Source: a virus
Taxonomy: Duplodnaviria > Caudoviricetes
Length of the DNA stretch: 58,298 nucleotides
Virus record (IMG/VR): IMGVR_UViG_3300026333_000001
Coordinates: 1 to 58,298 of that record
Direction: 5' to 3' (one strand)
Made by a program: the position numbers and the translations under genes. This document shows positions 1 to 9,813 of this stretch, one piece after another. The number at the start of each line of letters is the position of its first letter. Position 1 is the stretch's first letter. The notes under the pieces were generated by a model. The model saw nothing but the letters and a program-made list of their open reading frames with translations. It had not been told where the DNA came from and did no database searches.

Positions 1-16
1 GCTCATTGCGCCATCC
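1..16 (+). repeat. Terminal direct repeat (circularisation overlap), second copy at 58283-58298
   Basis: GCTCATTGCGCCATCC at both ends. Joining the ends makes the stop of 3..1256 overlap the start of 57731..58288 (ATGA), as elsewhere in the operon. Confidence 0.9.
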
Positions 17-1256
17 AGACCACGACCATCTTGGAGGCGTCCCCGGCGCCGTTGCGTACGGTGCGGGTGGTGGTGCCGGAGCTTTGCGTCTGCTGCATCT
101 GCAACTCGACGTAGTCCCCGGCGGCCATGCGCACGAGACCGGCGGCCCACAGGGCGGTTCCGGTGCTGCCGGTTCCGGTCATGGGAAGGCACGTCCACCC
201 GGCGTAGGTGGTGGTGCCGCCCGCCGCGAAGGTCTGCTGCAGCCGCACGGCCCGGTAGCCGTTGTTCGTGGATGCGGCGTCGCCCTCGGAGATGGACGCG
301 CATCCCGCGACCAGGTACAGGCCCGCACGCTGGCAGGTGTACCTGGTGTTGTTCGTGACGTTGTCGTGGCCGCCGTAGTTGTCGACGCTCTCGCTCGGGA
401 ACTGGACGCTCGTCCATGTGCCGGACCCGGTCGGGATGGTCTGGCTGGTGCCCTGGGAGGTGAGCCGCGCGATCGGCGGATTGTTCAAGAAGTTGACCGC
501 GTCGCGCAGTTCCCGGTTCAGCGGCACGAGGGTGTGCCCGCCGACGGTGCCGGTCGCGGTCGCGGTGGCCCGGTCGGAGTCGACCCAGGTGTGCGGCACG
601 CCCGGGAGTGCCGGGGTGGCGGCGCCGGCCCATGCCGTGTTCGCGCACACCCACCGCAGGGTCAGGGACGGGGTTTTGCCGGAGACGATGGTGTTGATGG
701 CGCCGCCGGTGTTCTGGAAGGCCATCAGCTCGACGAAGTCGCCGTCCAAGCCGATCATCTGGACCAGGTCGATCGCCATCGTGTCGACGACGTGGCTGGT
801 GCCGCCCGGCACCTTGCCGCCTTCGAGGACCGTCCCGGCGCCGTTCTTGCGGAACCCCGCGACGTGGACGTGTGCGGCGTCGGTGCTGTTGTACGGCACG
901 TATCCGCTGCACAGGTACCAGTCGCCGGCGGCTTCTTCGCTGTTCGTGCTCGGCGCGAAGTACCGGCCCGTGTTGCTGGTGTCGGAGTGCCCGGCGTAGT
1001 TGTCGATCAGCTCGGACAGGCCCGTGACGGCCGTCCACGTGCCGGTCGGGATCGACTGGACACCCGCGGCGATGCCCTGGAACAGGGGGCGTTGCCGGTG
1101 CCACGCGACCCCGCCGCCCGCGTCGGCCTGGACGAACGGTGCTCTGAGCGGGGTGCCGATCACGCCGGGCGTCTCGTCGACCCAGGTGCGGGGCGCGCGC
1201 GGCGGAAGGACCACCTGCCCGTCCGGCATGAAGATGCGCGCGAGGTTGCTCATCAC
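3..1256 (-). CDS. Minor tail protein with two internal repeats of a beta-rich domain
   Basis: 417 aa, downstream of tail genes; repeated motif QS/TIP-TG-TWT...E..DNY.GH....NT.RY....G.YL..G. Confidence 0.75.
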   Translation of the reverse strand: MMSNLARIFMPDGQVVLPPRAPRTWVDETPGVIGTPLRAPFVQADAGGGVAWHRQRPLFQGIAAGVQSIPTGTWTAVTGLSELIDNYAGHSDTSNTGRYFAPSTNSEEAAGDWYLCSGYVPYNSTDAAHVHVAGFRKNGAGTVLEGGKVPGGTSHVVDTMAIDLVQMIGLDGDFVELMAFQNTGGAINTIVSGKTPSLTLRWVCANTAWAGAATPALPGVPHTWVDSDRATATATGTVGGHTLVPLNRELRDAVNFLNNPPIARLTSQGTSQTIPTGSGTWTSVQFPSESVDNYGGHDNVTNNTRYTCQRAGLYLVAGCASISEGDAASTNNGYRAVRLQQTFAAGGTTTYAGWTCLPMTGTGSTGTALWAAGLVRMAAGDYVELQMQQTQSSGTTTRTVRNGAGDASKMVVVWMAQ

Positions 1257-4195
1257 GCCCCCATCGCTGTGTCGCCGACGATGCCCAGAACCGGATCGTT
1301 CAGGACGCTCACCCGCAGCGGCGCGGCTGCCAGGGTGAGGGTGATGCTTCCGGTTGTCTGCTCGCCGTAGCTGCGGCTCGGCTGCCGGCGCAGCACCCGG
1401 CAGCGAATCGAGAAGGACGGTGCGCCGATCGGGCGCTTCGTGACGGTGATCAGGTCACCGATCTCGACGCCGAGCACGAACGGCCATCGCGCACCCGCCG
1501 CCGCGGCCTCGATCGTGACGGTCTCGACGCGCCGCTGCGGGTAGGCGTACCCGGACAGGTACCACCAGGTCATGTCCCAGGCGTCGGAGTCGGCCAGGAA
1601 CTTCGTCGACCTGGCCAGGGTGCGGCTTCCGTACTTCCTCGCTGAGATCTCATCGACGGCGACGAATGTGGAGGTCGTCCCGAGCGTTGTCCCGAGGTCC
1701 GGCTCGAAGGTTCTGGTGTTGTCGATCTCGACGTCGTTGTACAGGAACGCGGGGTTGTAGCCGAAGGCGACGCCCGGCTGGTAGGGGATCTCCCCGCCCG
1801 TGGTGTCCTCACCCAGCACGGCGCGCGGTGCCTGCTGGTAGGCCGTCACCCGGTCCCGATACTGCAACTGGGAGGCCGCGTCGGTGAACAGCAGCCCGTC
1901 CCCGTACCCGGCGGCCTCGGCCACGGTGTCCCCGATCGAACCCGATGGGGCGCCGTCGCCGATGAAAGCGGCCCCGGCGCCAAGTACCCGGGTGCCCTTC
2001 CACGCGATCGTGTTCAGCTTCCGCTCGGCGAACTGAGCGATCGTCTCACCGGAAGCAATGGGCCCACCCAGCGCGGTCGTGTTTCTCAGTGACCGGATCT
2101 CTCCCGCCGACAGGACCCGTCCGAAGACCGCACAGTGGACGTGCAGTCCGGGGAGGGAGTGGCCGTTGAAGAACGCGTCCGCCTCGCCACCGATGCCGAT
2201 GCCGGAGAAGGTCGAGACAAGGTTCGCCGCACCGCTGACCTCGGCGGCGCCGTCGCGGTAGAAGGTCCATGCGCTCGTGGTGAAGGTGATCGCCCACGAC
2301 ACCAGGTCTCCGGTTATCTGAAAGCCCGTGGCCGTCGTCGTGGCGGCGTGAGTCGCCTTGTCCCAGACGGTGATGTTGGTCCGGCCTGTCACGCGGGTGA
2401 TCGACAGTTTCAGCACGGAGCCTTGCCCTGTGCCCGTAGCCGGGTCGGTGTTGCGGAGAACGAGAATGGTCGGGTCTGTGGTCGCGGCGGCGATCGTCGT
2501 CGCCTGCGCGTCGGTGACCGCCAGCACCCCGAAGACGGTGACGCCCCCCGTGATCGGCGGGAAGTCGGAGGTGCTGCCGACCAGCGCGTAACCCTTGGTG
2601 GCGATCTCGGCGGCGCTCTGACCGGTCTGCGCCCATCCTGACCCTTGGTCGCCGAGCAGCGACTGCACACCGCCGACACCCATGGCGAGATCCTGGGTTG
2701 CGGCCCCGAAGTCGGCAGTCGTGTTCGTGCCGCCCCCGAACTTGGAGGTGGTCTGGGTGAGCACGGCCGTGGACACCCCGGACGCGTTCGTGGCATACCC
2801 GGACCCGGACGCGTCATCGAGTGGCCAGTAGTGCGTCGGGTTACGGCGCAGGATCTCCCCGCGCAGCGAGGACACGGCGGCCGTGGTCAGGGTCTCCAGC
2901 GCGTCCGTGGCGACCGCCTGAACCTCGGAGTAGGCGGCGCCGTCGTAGGCCACGGGCAGGTCCCGCAGCCACCCTGACGCGGTCACATAGGTGACCCCCG
3001 CCCAGGTCTCCAGCAGCCTGTAGGGGATGTACAGGTCGATCGGGATACCGACGTAGTTGTCGCCGGACGCCGTCGCGGCCAGCGCACCCGATCCGCCGTC
3101 GGCGCGCTTGAACGTGACGGTGGTCGTCCCCGCCGCCGAGGCGGTTGAGACGACCTGGAAGACGGTGAACTCCTTCAGGACCCCGGAGGAGTTCGTGACC
3201 CGGAAGAAGTCGCCCTTGTTGATGTTCGCCGCGCTCGCGTCCGGGATCTTGATCGTGGTTGTTGTCCCGGCGGCGTTCGCGGTCGCCGCCCCGGCGGTGC
3301 GGGGGGAGTACGCGCCGTCGCGGTTGTCGATGACAAGGTCGCTCTGGCCCTGCTGCGCCGTACCCAGCTCCGACTGGATCCCGCCGTCGCCGTGGAACTC
3401 CAGCAGGCGCTTGGTCTGCCCCGTCCACTTCACCCTGCTCAGCGGCGTGGACAGGTCATATCCGAGACCGACCTGGAACTGTGCGCCGGGCCATGCCGGG
3501 TTCGGCTGCGGGACCGGCACGCCGGTCTGCCGGAGCGCGACGACCACGCCCGCCCAGTTCGCGGTGCCCGCCGACAGCGTGAACGTCACCGCGCCACCGG
3601 TGGTGGCCTCCCGCCACGCCGCGGCCACCCGCGTGTCGGGGCCGGAACGCGTCACCGGGGTCAGCCCGGTCCAGCCCGCGCCGGACGGGGTGATCGCCGT
3701 GGCGGAATCGGCGACGGCCGTTGCGACCATCAGGCAGTCCGCGGACCCGGACGGGGCCGGGGCGGTGAGCGCCAGACTCGCGGCGGCGCTGGCGGTGCCG
3801 GGGGTGACCGAGTCGACGGTCAGGGCGTTGTTGCCCATACCGGCGACCTCGAACACGTTCACGCACATGCTGCCGACGTCGCTCGCGGAGATCTGCATGG
3901 CGCTCGCGTAGACGTTGAGGAAGTCCCAGCCCGCGAACATGGCGGCCGGGCACGCCCACACCTCGGCCTGCAGCTGCGCGCCCGCGTGCGCGGCGTGCGC
4001 CTCGGCCGTGTCGGAGTACAGCAGCGTCCACACGTTCCGGGAGAAGTCGCCCAGGTTCAGCAGCGGCGCCGAGCCGTCCGTGACCCGGGCGGTGACGACG
4101 GCCACCAGCCAGTTCCCCGACGTGGGGAACGTGGTGATCTCGGCGTCGATGTCGGCGACGGCGACCGTCCACTGGTTGACGACGCTGATCGCCAT
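1253..4195 (-). CDS. Large minor tail / baseplate protein with a LamG/concanavalin-like central region
   Basis: 980 aa directly after the tape measure gene; PTHYWPLDDASG motif, IDNRDG.YSP motif, hub-like C-terminus (IGDLITV). Confidence 0.8.
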   Translation of the reverse strand: MAISVVNQWTVAVADIDAEITTFPTSGNWLVAVVTARVTDGSAPLLNLGDFSRNVWTLLYSDTAEAHAAHAGAQLQAEVWACPAAMFAGWDFLNVYASAMQISASDVGSMCVNVFEVAGMGNNALTVDSVTPGTASAAASLALTAPAPSGSADCLMVATAVADSATAITPSGAGWTGLTPVTRSGPDTRVAAAWREATTGGAVTFTLSAGTANWAGVVVALRQTGVPVPQPNPAWPGAQFQVGLGYDLSTPLSRVKWTGQTKRLLEFHGDGGIQSELGTAQQGQSDLVIDNRDGAYSPRTAGAATANAAGTTTTIKIPDASAANINKGDFFRVTNSSGVLKEFTVFQVVSTASAAGTTTVTFKRADGGSGALAATASGDNYVGIPIDLYIPYRLLETWAGVTYVTASGWLRDLPVAYDGAAYSEVQAVATDALETLTTAAVSSLRGEILRRNPTHYWPLDDASGSGYATNASGVSTAVLTQTTSKFGGGTNTTADFGAATQDLAMGVGGVQSLLGDQGSGWAQTGQSAAEIATKGYALVGSTSDFPPITGGVTVFGVLAVTDAQATTIAAATTDPTILVLRNTDPATGTGQGSVLKLSITRVTGRTNITVWDKATHAATTTATGFQITGDLVSWAITFTTSAWTFYRDGAAEVSGAANLVSTFSGIGIGGEADAFFNGHSLPGLHVHCAVFGRVLSAGEIRSLRNTTALGGPIASGETIAQFAERKLNTIAWKGTRVLGAGAAFIGDGAPSGSIGDTVAEAAGYGDGLLFTDAASQLQYRDRVTAYQQAPRAVLGEDTTGGEIPYQPGVAFGYNPAFLYNDVEIDNTRTFEPDLGTTLGTTSTFVAVDEISARKYGSRTLARSTKFLADSDAWDMTWWYLSGYAYPQRRVETVTIEAAAAGARWPFVLGVEIGDLITVTKRPIGAPSFSIRCRVLRRQPSRSYGEQTTGSITLTLAAAPLRVSVLNDPVLGIVGDTAMGA

Positions 4196-6664
4196 CTATC
4201 GGCCCGCCTGCAGACCCACGGCCTTGCGGCCTTGCAGCAGCTTCTGCTGGACCATGTCGACGATGTCGCGGTCACTCCTGATCGAGCCCTGCACGGTCAC
4301 GTTCACGTTCGTGACGTGCATGACCGTCGCACCGTGCCCCGACCCTGCACCCACCAGCCCCGCCACCCGCATCGCACCCAGCGCGGAGGAGCGCATCGAG
4401 GCCAGCGAGGACTGCGCGGCGAGGGCGGCGAGCTCCTCCGGCCGGTGCTTCGCGTGCGCCAGCTTCGCGAGGGCGGCCTTGGTCGGAGGCCGTGGCAGAT
4501 TCACCTGCTTGCCGTGCGGGTGGAATCGGCCGCCCTTGGCGAACCGCTCGCCGGTCACCATCGCCGCCTGCATCCAGGACATGCCGGAGTTCAGCGCCGC
4601 GAGGGCGGCCGTGTTCTTCTCGGTGGCGTTCGCGTTCACCACGAACTCGCCCGTAGACAGCGCGGCGAGGATCGAGTCGGACGTGCTCGTCCCGGGCCCG
4701 GACACCAACCCGCTCGGCCCGCCGTCGGCGAGATGCTTGATCGGGCCGCGATCCATCGGCCCACCGTGGGCCTTCGGCCGATACCCGGAGATCGCTTGGC
4801 GCTGGTTCTGGTACGCCTGCACGGTGGTCAGGTGCATGGTCTGGTAGATGTCGATGTGCTTGCCGTGCAGGGCGTTGATGGCGTGCTGGTATGCCTGCAG
4901 CCGCGCCCGCGCCGAGGGGGTGTTGTCGTTGAGCTTGGTGCTCTTCTGGGCGGGGATCTTGTCCGCCGCGCTCTTGACGCCCAGCAGCTTCTGCGCCAAC
5001 GCAATCGCCGCTCGGTGGGAGACGCCCATCGCCTGAGCGGAAGCGATGAGCCGGGCCCGCATCGTCGCGATCACGGCGGCAGTCGGATGCGTTTTGAGCT
5101 CGACATCCTTGATCGCCGCCGCGAGCTGCGACAGCGACTGCCTGTTCGTGTTCGCGGCGGCAGTGTTCTTGGTGATCCCGGCATTGTTGGCCTTGGCCTG
5201 CGCGGTGGCGGCCAGCAGCGCCACCCGGTATTGGGTTTCGGCGTCGAAGCCGGACTGGAAGGCACCCGTCAGCGCGTCCAGGGCGCTCTTGAGCTGCTGG
5301 GAGGTCAGCGCCGCGGCCTGCTGCGCCGTCATCAGGTGCTGCGTGCTCGCCGCCGCGACGGTCGCCTGCTGGGAGAAAGACGGGAAGGTGCGGTCAACGA
5401 TGTCGAGCCCGTCCTTGGCGCCCGTGAAGGCGCCCTTGACCTTGCCCACGCTGGAGATCAAGCTCCCCAGGCCCGGGCCGAGCAGCAGCACATCCTTGCC
5501 GATGCTCTTGATCTGCGACCCGTACCTGATCAGGATGCCGATCGAGTCGCCGGTGTAGCGGACGAGCTTCGAGACATCCTCGACCAGGGCGTTGATGGCG
5601 CCCGGGTTCGCCGCTGCCGCGTCCGTGATCGCCTTCACGCCGGTGGCGATGTTGTTCATGATCGCGGGCATCCGTGGCCCGAGATCATCCAGCACGTTCG
5701 AGAATGCGTGGCCGATGCTCTGGATCGCCGGGTCGAGCTCGTGCATCGAGGAGGCGAAACTGAACGCGAACCGGTCGACGGCCGGGCTCATCTCATCGAA
5801 CGCGGACTGCAGCGACGGCGCGAGGGCGTCGAAGGCGGTCTTGCCGTCGGCGGCGATGTCCTTCAGCGTCTTCTGCCACGCAAACGAGACGATCTGCGCT
5901 TCCAGCGACACGTGCTTGCGCATGTCGGTGAAGCTGCGTTTGACCTCCTCGTTCTTGGCCGCCGACATGATGCCGATCGCGGCCAGCGCGCCGCCGAGGC
6001 CGATCGTGATCCCGCCACCGGCCGCAGCCGCGAGAGCGGGCAGGTTCTCCAGGATGCCGACGATGCCGGCGAGCACCAGCGGCCCGGACTTGCCGAGGAC
6101 GCTGACGTTCTTCAGCGCCCCATCGATGGCGTTGCCGAACCGCTGCCCGCCGGTCTCCATCAGCTTGAACGCCCCCGAGGCGTCCTTGGCCAGGTCGGGG
6201 AACTGCCTGCGGAGCTTCAGCAGCTCGGTGTTGTGCTCCCGCACGGCACCCGCGGACCTGAGCGCGGCGAGGCGTTGCTTCGCGGCGGCCAGCTCGGCGG
6301 CGCGGCCCATCTGCCGGTAGTTGGCCGCAGCCTTGTCCGCCGCGTCCGCCGTGGCGCGCTGCGCCTCCGCTGCCTTGATGCTGGCGCGTTCGAGCTCGCG
6401 TTCGGCGCGGGCGGCCTTGTCTGCGGCCTCTGCGGCGCCGATCTCACCCTTCGCGAGCTTCTCGGCGGCGTCCGCGGCTTCCCGCTGGGCACGCGACGCC
6501 TTGTCCGCGGCCTCCTTGGCGGCCAGGCCCATGCGGCGGGCGGCCAGCGCAGCGGCCTCGTTACGGTCCCTGAACTTGTCGGCGTCCCGGGCGGCGTCGC
6601 GCAGCGGCCCGGAGTACCGGCGGGTGTCGGCGACGAACTCTTGCCGCTCCTCAGGCAGAGCCAC
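4196..6664 (-). CDS. Tape measure protein
   Basis: 822 aa, Ala-rich and helical, with a hydrophobic stretch and the GPGTSTSDSI..LS.GEFVV motif common in tape measure C-termini. Confidence 0.9.
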   Translation of the reverse strand: MALPEERQEFVADTRRYSGPLRDAARDADKFRDRNEAAALAARRMGLAAKEAADKASRAQREAADAAEKLAKGEIGAAEAADKAARAERELERASIKAAEAQRATADAADKAAANYRQMGRAAELAAAKQRLAALRSAGAVREHNTELLKLRRQFPDLAKDASGAFKLMETGGQRFGNAIDGALKNVSVLGKSGPLVLAGIVGILENLPALAAAAGGGITIGLGGALAAIGIMSAAKNEEVKRSFTDMRKHVSLEAQIVSFAWQKTLKDIAADGKTAFDALAPSLQSAFDEMSPAVDRFAFSFASSMHELDPAIQSIGHAFSNVLDDLGPRMPAIMNNIATGVKAITDAAAANPGAINALVEDVSKLVRYTGDSIGILIRYGSQIKSIGKDVLLLGPGLGSLISSVGKVKGAFTGAKDGLDIVDRTFPSFSQQATVAAASTQHLMTAQQAAALTSQQLKSALDALTGAFQSGFDAETQYRVALLAATAQAKANNAGITKNTAAANTNRQSLSQLAAAIKDVELKTHPTAAVIATMRARLIASAQAMGVSHRAAIALAQKLLGVKSAADKIPAQKSTKLNDNTPSARARLQAYQHAINALHGKHIDIYQTMHLTTVQAYQNQRQAISGYRPKAHGGPMDRGPIKHLADGGPSGLVSGPGTSTSDSILAALSTGEFVVNANATEKNTAALAALNSGMSWMQAAMVTGERFAKGGRFHPHGKQVNLPRPPTKAALAKLAHAKHRPEELAALAAQSSLASMRSSALGAMRVAGLVGAGSGHGATVMHVTNVNVTVQGSIRSDRDIVDMVQQKLLQGRKAVGLQAGR

Positions 6665-6667
6665 GGC

Positions 6668-7090
6668 TCACCCCCCGAACACGGCGCGGTAGAAGGCGGA
6701 CGATCCTGCTTGGGCGATGCGACCCCGCGCGGCGCTCACGCCCATGTACGGCCGCGGCGGCAGGTCACTCGCGTGGTTGCGTCCGGCGCGTCCGCCGCGT
6801 TGCTGGATGGCGGCGTAGACGACGCCGCGAGGGCTCACGGCCACCCGCCACACCCCACCGCCGCCCGTGGGTGCCCCGGCCGTGATCGAGCGCTGTAGGC
6901 GCCCGGAGATGCGCGCGGGGGGCTGCCCCGGCGGTGATGGGGTTGGGGTGCGGGGCGGGTGCGAACGACGCCCCAGGTTGCTCTTGATCTCGTCCCGGCC
7001 TACCTGCCCCATCGCGTCGGCCGCTGCCCGGCCGCCCTCGTTATCGGCCCGGTCGGCCAGCCTGCGGAGGGCGTCCCCGGCTGCGCTCAC
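6668..7090 (-). CDS. HK97 gp10-like tail completion protein
   Basis: PARISGRLQRSI...YAAIQQRGG...PPRPYM motifs. Confidence 0.7.
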   Translation of the reverse strand: MSAAGDALRRLADRADNEGGRAAADAMGQVGRDEIKSNLGRRSHPPRTPTPSPPGQPPARISGRLQRSITAGAPTGGGGVWRVAVSPRGVVYAAIQQRGGRAGRNHASDLPPRPYMGVSAARGRIAQAGSSAFYRAVFGG

Positions 7091-7307
7091 TGCGGACCTC
7101 CTCGATCAGGGAATGCAGCGGCAGCAGCCACGGCTCGACCGAAGCGGGCAGGGCATCGACCTGTTCGGGTGTCCACCCGAAGTGGTCGGCGTACAGCAGG
7201 TACCGCAGCGCCCTCAGGGCGTCTCGGCGGGGTTCTTGTCCGGGGAGGTCGTGTCCTGAGAGGACGTTCTTGACTCGGAGGAGGTCGAGGGCTTCCGGTT
7301 GAAATCC
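7041..7307 (-). CDS. Tail assembly chaperone -1 frameshift extension (gpGT-like T segment)
   Basis: The -1 frame after G GAT TTC (7307-7301) reads FQPEALDLLRVKNVLSG...RYLLYADHFGWTPEQVDALP... to TAA at 7041; not in the ORF track. Confidence 0.75.
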   Translation of the reverse strand, partial: GFQPEALDLLRVKNVLSGHDLPGQEPRRDALRALRYLLYADHFGWTPEQVDALPASVEPWLLPLHSLIEEVRSERSRGRPPQAGRPGR

Positions 7308-7597
7308 AGGCGCTCGGCGTGCTCCTCCACCGCATCATGCAGGGCATCGAACGCGTCGCCGGGGACGTCGGCGAGCACCTCCGCGTTCCCCTTCGGGACG
7401 GGCAGGTCGAGGGACCATTCGTGCACGACCTCGGCGATGAGCTGCTCGTCCATGCGCATGCCGCTCACGAACGGGTGCACGGTCTCGTCGCGGAAGCCGT
7501 TCAGGAACTCCTGCACGCGCATCTTCATGCCGTGGGTCATGTCGTCGGGTTCGATCAGCTTCGCCCAACGGTCCTTGCCGAGGTCGACGTGGCGCAT
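7214..7597 (-). CDS. Tail assembly chaperone (gpG-like)
   Basis: 127 aa acidic protein directly after the major tail gene; Ser/Thr-rich end after the slippery site. Confidence 0.8.
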   Translation of the reverse strand: MRHVDLGKDRWAKLIEPDDMTHGMKMRVQEFLNGFRDETVHPFVSGMRMDEQLIAEVVHEWSLDLPVPKGNAEVLADVPGDAFDALHDAVEEHAERLDFNRKPSTSSESRTSSQDTTSPDKNPAETP

Positions 7598-7613
7598 GGG
7601 GGTGCGTTCCTTC

Positions 7614-8600
7614 TCAGTAGGTGGTGACGAGGTTCTTCAGCACGGCCTGCACGGGTGCGAGACCGGCGGAGGCGCCGACGTCGGTGGCGTTCGCGATGCC
7701 CTTCCAGCCCATCTCCCAGCCGAGCGGGGTCTCCCGCGTCATCTGCCCGGTGTCGTAGACACCCTTCGTGCAGGTGAGCGTCAGGTTCCGGACGTTCGCG
7801 GCCACACCGCCGGAGTCGATGTTGATGACGATCGCCTGCTGCGTGCCGGCCATCAGCGCGGTCGCGGGCGTCTCGTCCTTGGCGGCGAAGGTGAGCTTCC
7901 CCGCCACGGTCATGCCCTTACGGGCGATCGCGTACGGGTCCGGGGTGCCGTCGGCGGTGTCGACGGTCTCCAAGTCGCGGGAGATCGTGATGCCCCACTC
8001 CCGGATGTTCAGCGCGGCCGACCCGCCGATGGACACCGTCGACTTGAACGTCGGGATGACGACCTCGGAGGTGACCGTGTTCGTCGGCGCGGACGCGGCA
8101 GCGGTGGAGGCGTAGGAGGTGAACTTCGCCTCCACCGTGACGAGCCCGGTGGCGTTGCCGGAGATGGTCAGTTCCGAGCAGCACGCGTACGCGTACGCCC
8201 GTGCGTTGACCGTCGGCGTCATGTTCGTGTTGTCGGTGATCGTGTGCGCCGGCGGCTGCCCGTCCCCGGAGTTCAGCAGGCTGAACGTGTGCGGGAACAC
8301 ACCCGAGACGGCGGCGCCGACGGCGTACCCGCCGAACAGGTTGTAGAGCAGGTCCCCGACCGAATCGACGTACAGGTAGGTGGCCAGGTCCACGGACCCG
8401 ATGCGCGGGCCCGGCTGCGCGCCGTACTCCATCGCCATCGACCCGCGCACGCCGTCGTCGATGAGCAGGCCCGGGTTGTCCTGCACGTCGAGCTTGGTGA
8501 ACGGGAAGAACCGGGTGGGGGCGACGGCGGTGCCGTTGCTGGACTCCTTGCCGATCCCGGCGAAGGTGCGTTCGCTGGCGAACACGGTGGGCGAAGGCAT
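7614..8600 (-). CDS. Major tail (tube) protein
   Basis: Probable start MPSPTVFASERTFAGIGKES at 8600 (328 aa); GIGKES..GTAVAPT motif; synteny. Confidence 0.85.
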   Translation of the reverse strand: MPSPTVFASERTFAGIGKESSNGTAVAPTRFFPFTKLDVQDNPGLLIDDGVRGSMAMEYGAQPGPRIGSVDLATYLYVDSVGDLLYNLFGGYAVGAAVSGVFPHTFSLLNSGDGQPPAHTITDNTNMTPTVNARAYAYACCSELTISGNATGLVTVEAKFTSYASTAAASAPTNTVTSEVVIPTFKSTVSIGGSAALNIREWGITISRDLETVDTADGTPDPYAIARKGMTVAGKLTFAAKDETPATALMAGTQQAIVINIDSGGVAANVRNLTLTCTKGVYDTGQMTRETPLGWEMGWKGIANATDVGASAGLAPVQAVLKNLVTTY

Positions 8601-8854
8601 CAGCCGGTCTCCTTCTTCTTCGCCGCGGCGGGCTTCGCCTCGACCTCGGGCGTCCAGTCCTTGTCCGGCGGCATCGGCAGCGGCATGTCCGTCACCTGGC
8701 CGTCCACGGTGGGCGCCGTGTGGCCGTCGGCCTGCTTGATGTCGTAGGTGTTGCCGGGCTCGGCGACGAGCGTCGTCACGTTCTGCGGGTCGGTGACGTC
8801 CAGGTAGAACGAGAACGTCACCGGCTGGTCGCCGCCGTAGGTGTATCTGGCCAT
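8600..8854 (-). CDS. Small virion-region hypothetical protein
   Basis: MARYTYGGDQ..., coupled by TGATG to the tail tube gene. Confidence 0.7.
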   Translation of the reverse strand: MARYTYGGDQPVTFSFYLDVTDPQNVTTLVAEPGNTYDIKQADGHTAPTVDGQVTDMPLPMPPDKDWTPEVEAKPAAAKKKETG

Positions 8855-8862
8855 TGCCTGCC

Positions 8863-9417
8863 TCACGCGATGTTCGGGTACGTGTTGACGCTGAATGAGA
8901 TCGCCGCGTCCTGCAGCGTCTTGGGTGAGGCGCCCGGCTCGGTGGCGGGCCAGCCCGGCGACACGGTGATGCCGCGCTCGCCCTCACCGGCCTGCGTGAC
9001 GATCGTCGGGGAGCCGGAGCCCACGCCCATGCCGAGGGTCGGATCGGCGCGGATGCGGGCGACCACGGCCGCGACGAGGTCATCGACGTGCGCCTGCGCG
9101 GTCTCGGTGAGCGGCCCCAGCGCCAGATGCCAGATCATCAGATGCACGTCATACGGCCGGTCGAGGGTCCCGCCGATCGTCAGGCGCTTCTCGGTGGACT
9201 CACCCAGCCACACACCCATCACGGCGCCCATCGTCGAACCCTCCGCTAGGCCGACCATCCGGTCCTCGCCGGTGACGATGACGGGCATGTAGGTGCGCAC
9301 ACCACCCAGCCCCACCGCGGCGAGCGGCGTCGGCCGGTGAATCTGGTAGGTCGCATCGAAGGTCGGCCCGCCGAAGTAGGTGGCGATGCCGGTGCGAATG
9401 TCGGTGCGTTCGCTCAT
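8863..9417 (-). CDS. Putative tail terminator / head-tail joining protein
   Basis: 184 aa; ARIRADPTLG motif; synteny. Confidence 0.6.
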   Translation of the reverse strand: MSERTDIRTGIATYFGGPTFDATYQIHRPTPLAAVGLGGVRTYMPVIVTGEDRMVGLAEGSTMGAVMGVWLGESTEKRLTIGGTLDRPYDVHLMIWHLALGPLTETAQAHVDDLVAAVVARIRADPTLGMGVGSGSPTIVTQAGEGERGITVSPGWPATEPGASPKTLQDAAISFSVNTYPNIA

Positions 9418-9809
9418 GTCAGGTACGTGTACGGGGCCATGCCGGTCAGCCCGGCCTGCTGCAGGATCGACCAGACCTGCTCACCCAGGCGCGGCTGGTC
9501 GACGCTGGAACCGCCTGCGGACTGGCCGCGGGTCAGGTCCACGGTGCCGGCCGACGCGCCCGAAGGAACGCCGGCCTGCATGCCGTGACGGATCCCGTCC
9601 TCGTTGCCGATCGCCCGGTTGTAGACGACCTGCTCCAGGCAGGCGTCCCTGAGCGCCGCGACCACGGCCGCATCGGTCGGGTCGTAGATCGCGGCGAGCA
9701 GCGCCTGGTCGATGTCGCGTGTCGCCCGGTCGAGCAGCGTCTGGGCGTTGTTCGGCGTGTAGCCGTTGCCCAGACGCGTGGTGAGTTCGGCGACCGTCGC
9801 GTACGCCAT
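9414..9809 (-). CDS. Head-tail connector (adaptor)
   Basis: MAYATVAEL...LLDRATRDID...ACLEQV, typical of gp6/gp15-like adaptors. Confidence 0.75.
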   Translation of the reverse strand: MAYATVAELTTRLGNGYTPNNAQTLLDRATRDIDQALLAAIYDPTDAAVVAALRDACLEQVVYNRAIGNEDGIRHGMQAGVPSGASAGTVDLTRGQSAGGSSVDQPRLGEQVWSILQQAGLTGMAPYTYLT

Positions 9810-9813
9810 CGAC

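Noticed and set aside
1-4195. Diversity-generating retroelement acting on tail genes
   Set aside because: No reverse transcriptase, and no TR/VR pair differing at adenines was seen.
3392-6898. 1168-aa plus-strand ORF and other long antisense ORFs (6..1370, 7299..8747, 11791..13092, 14791..16305, 47460..48581)
   Set aside because: Shadow ORFs opposite well-supported genes in high-GC DNA; Arg/Gly-rich, with no motifs.
7087-7347. 86-aa ORF as the chaperone extension
   Set aside because: It is the +1 frame with low-complexity sequence; the -1 frame carries the recognisable GWTP motif.
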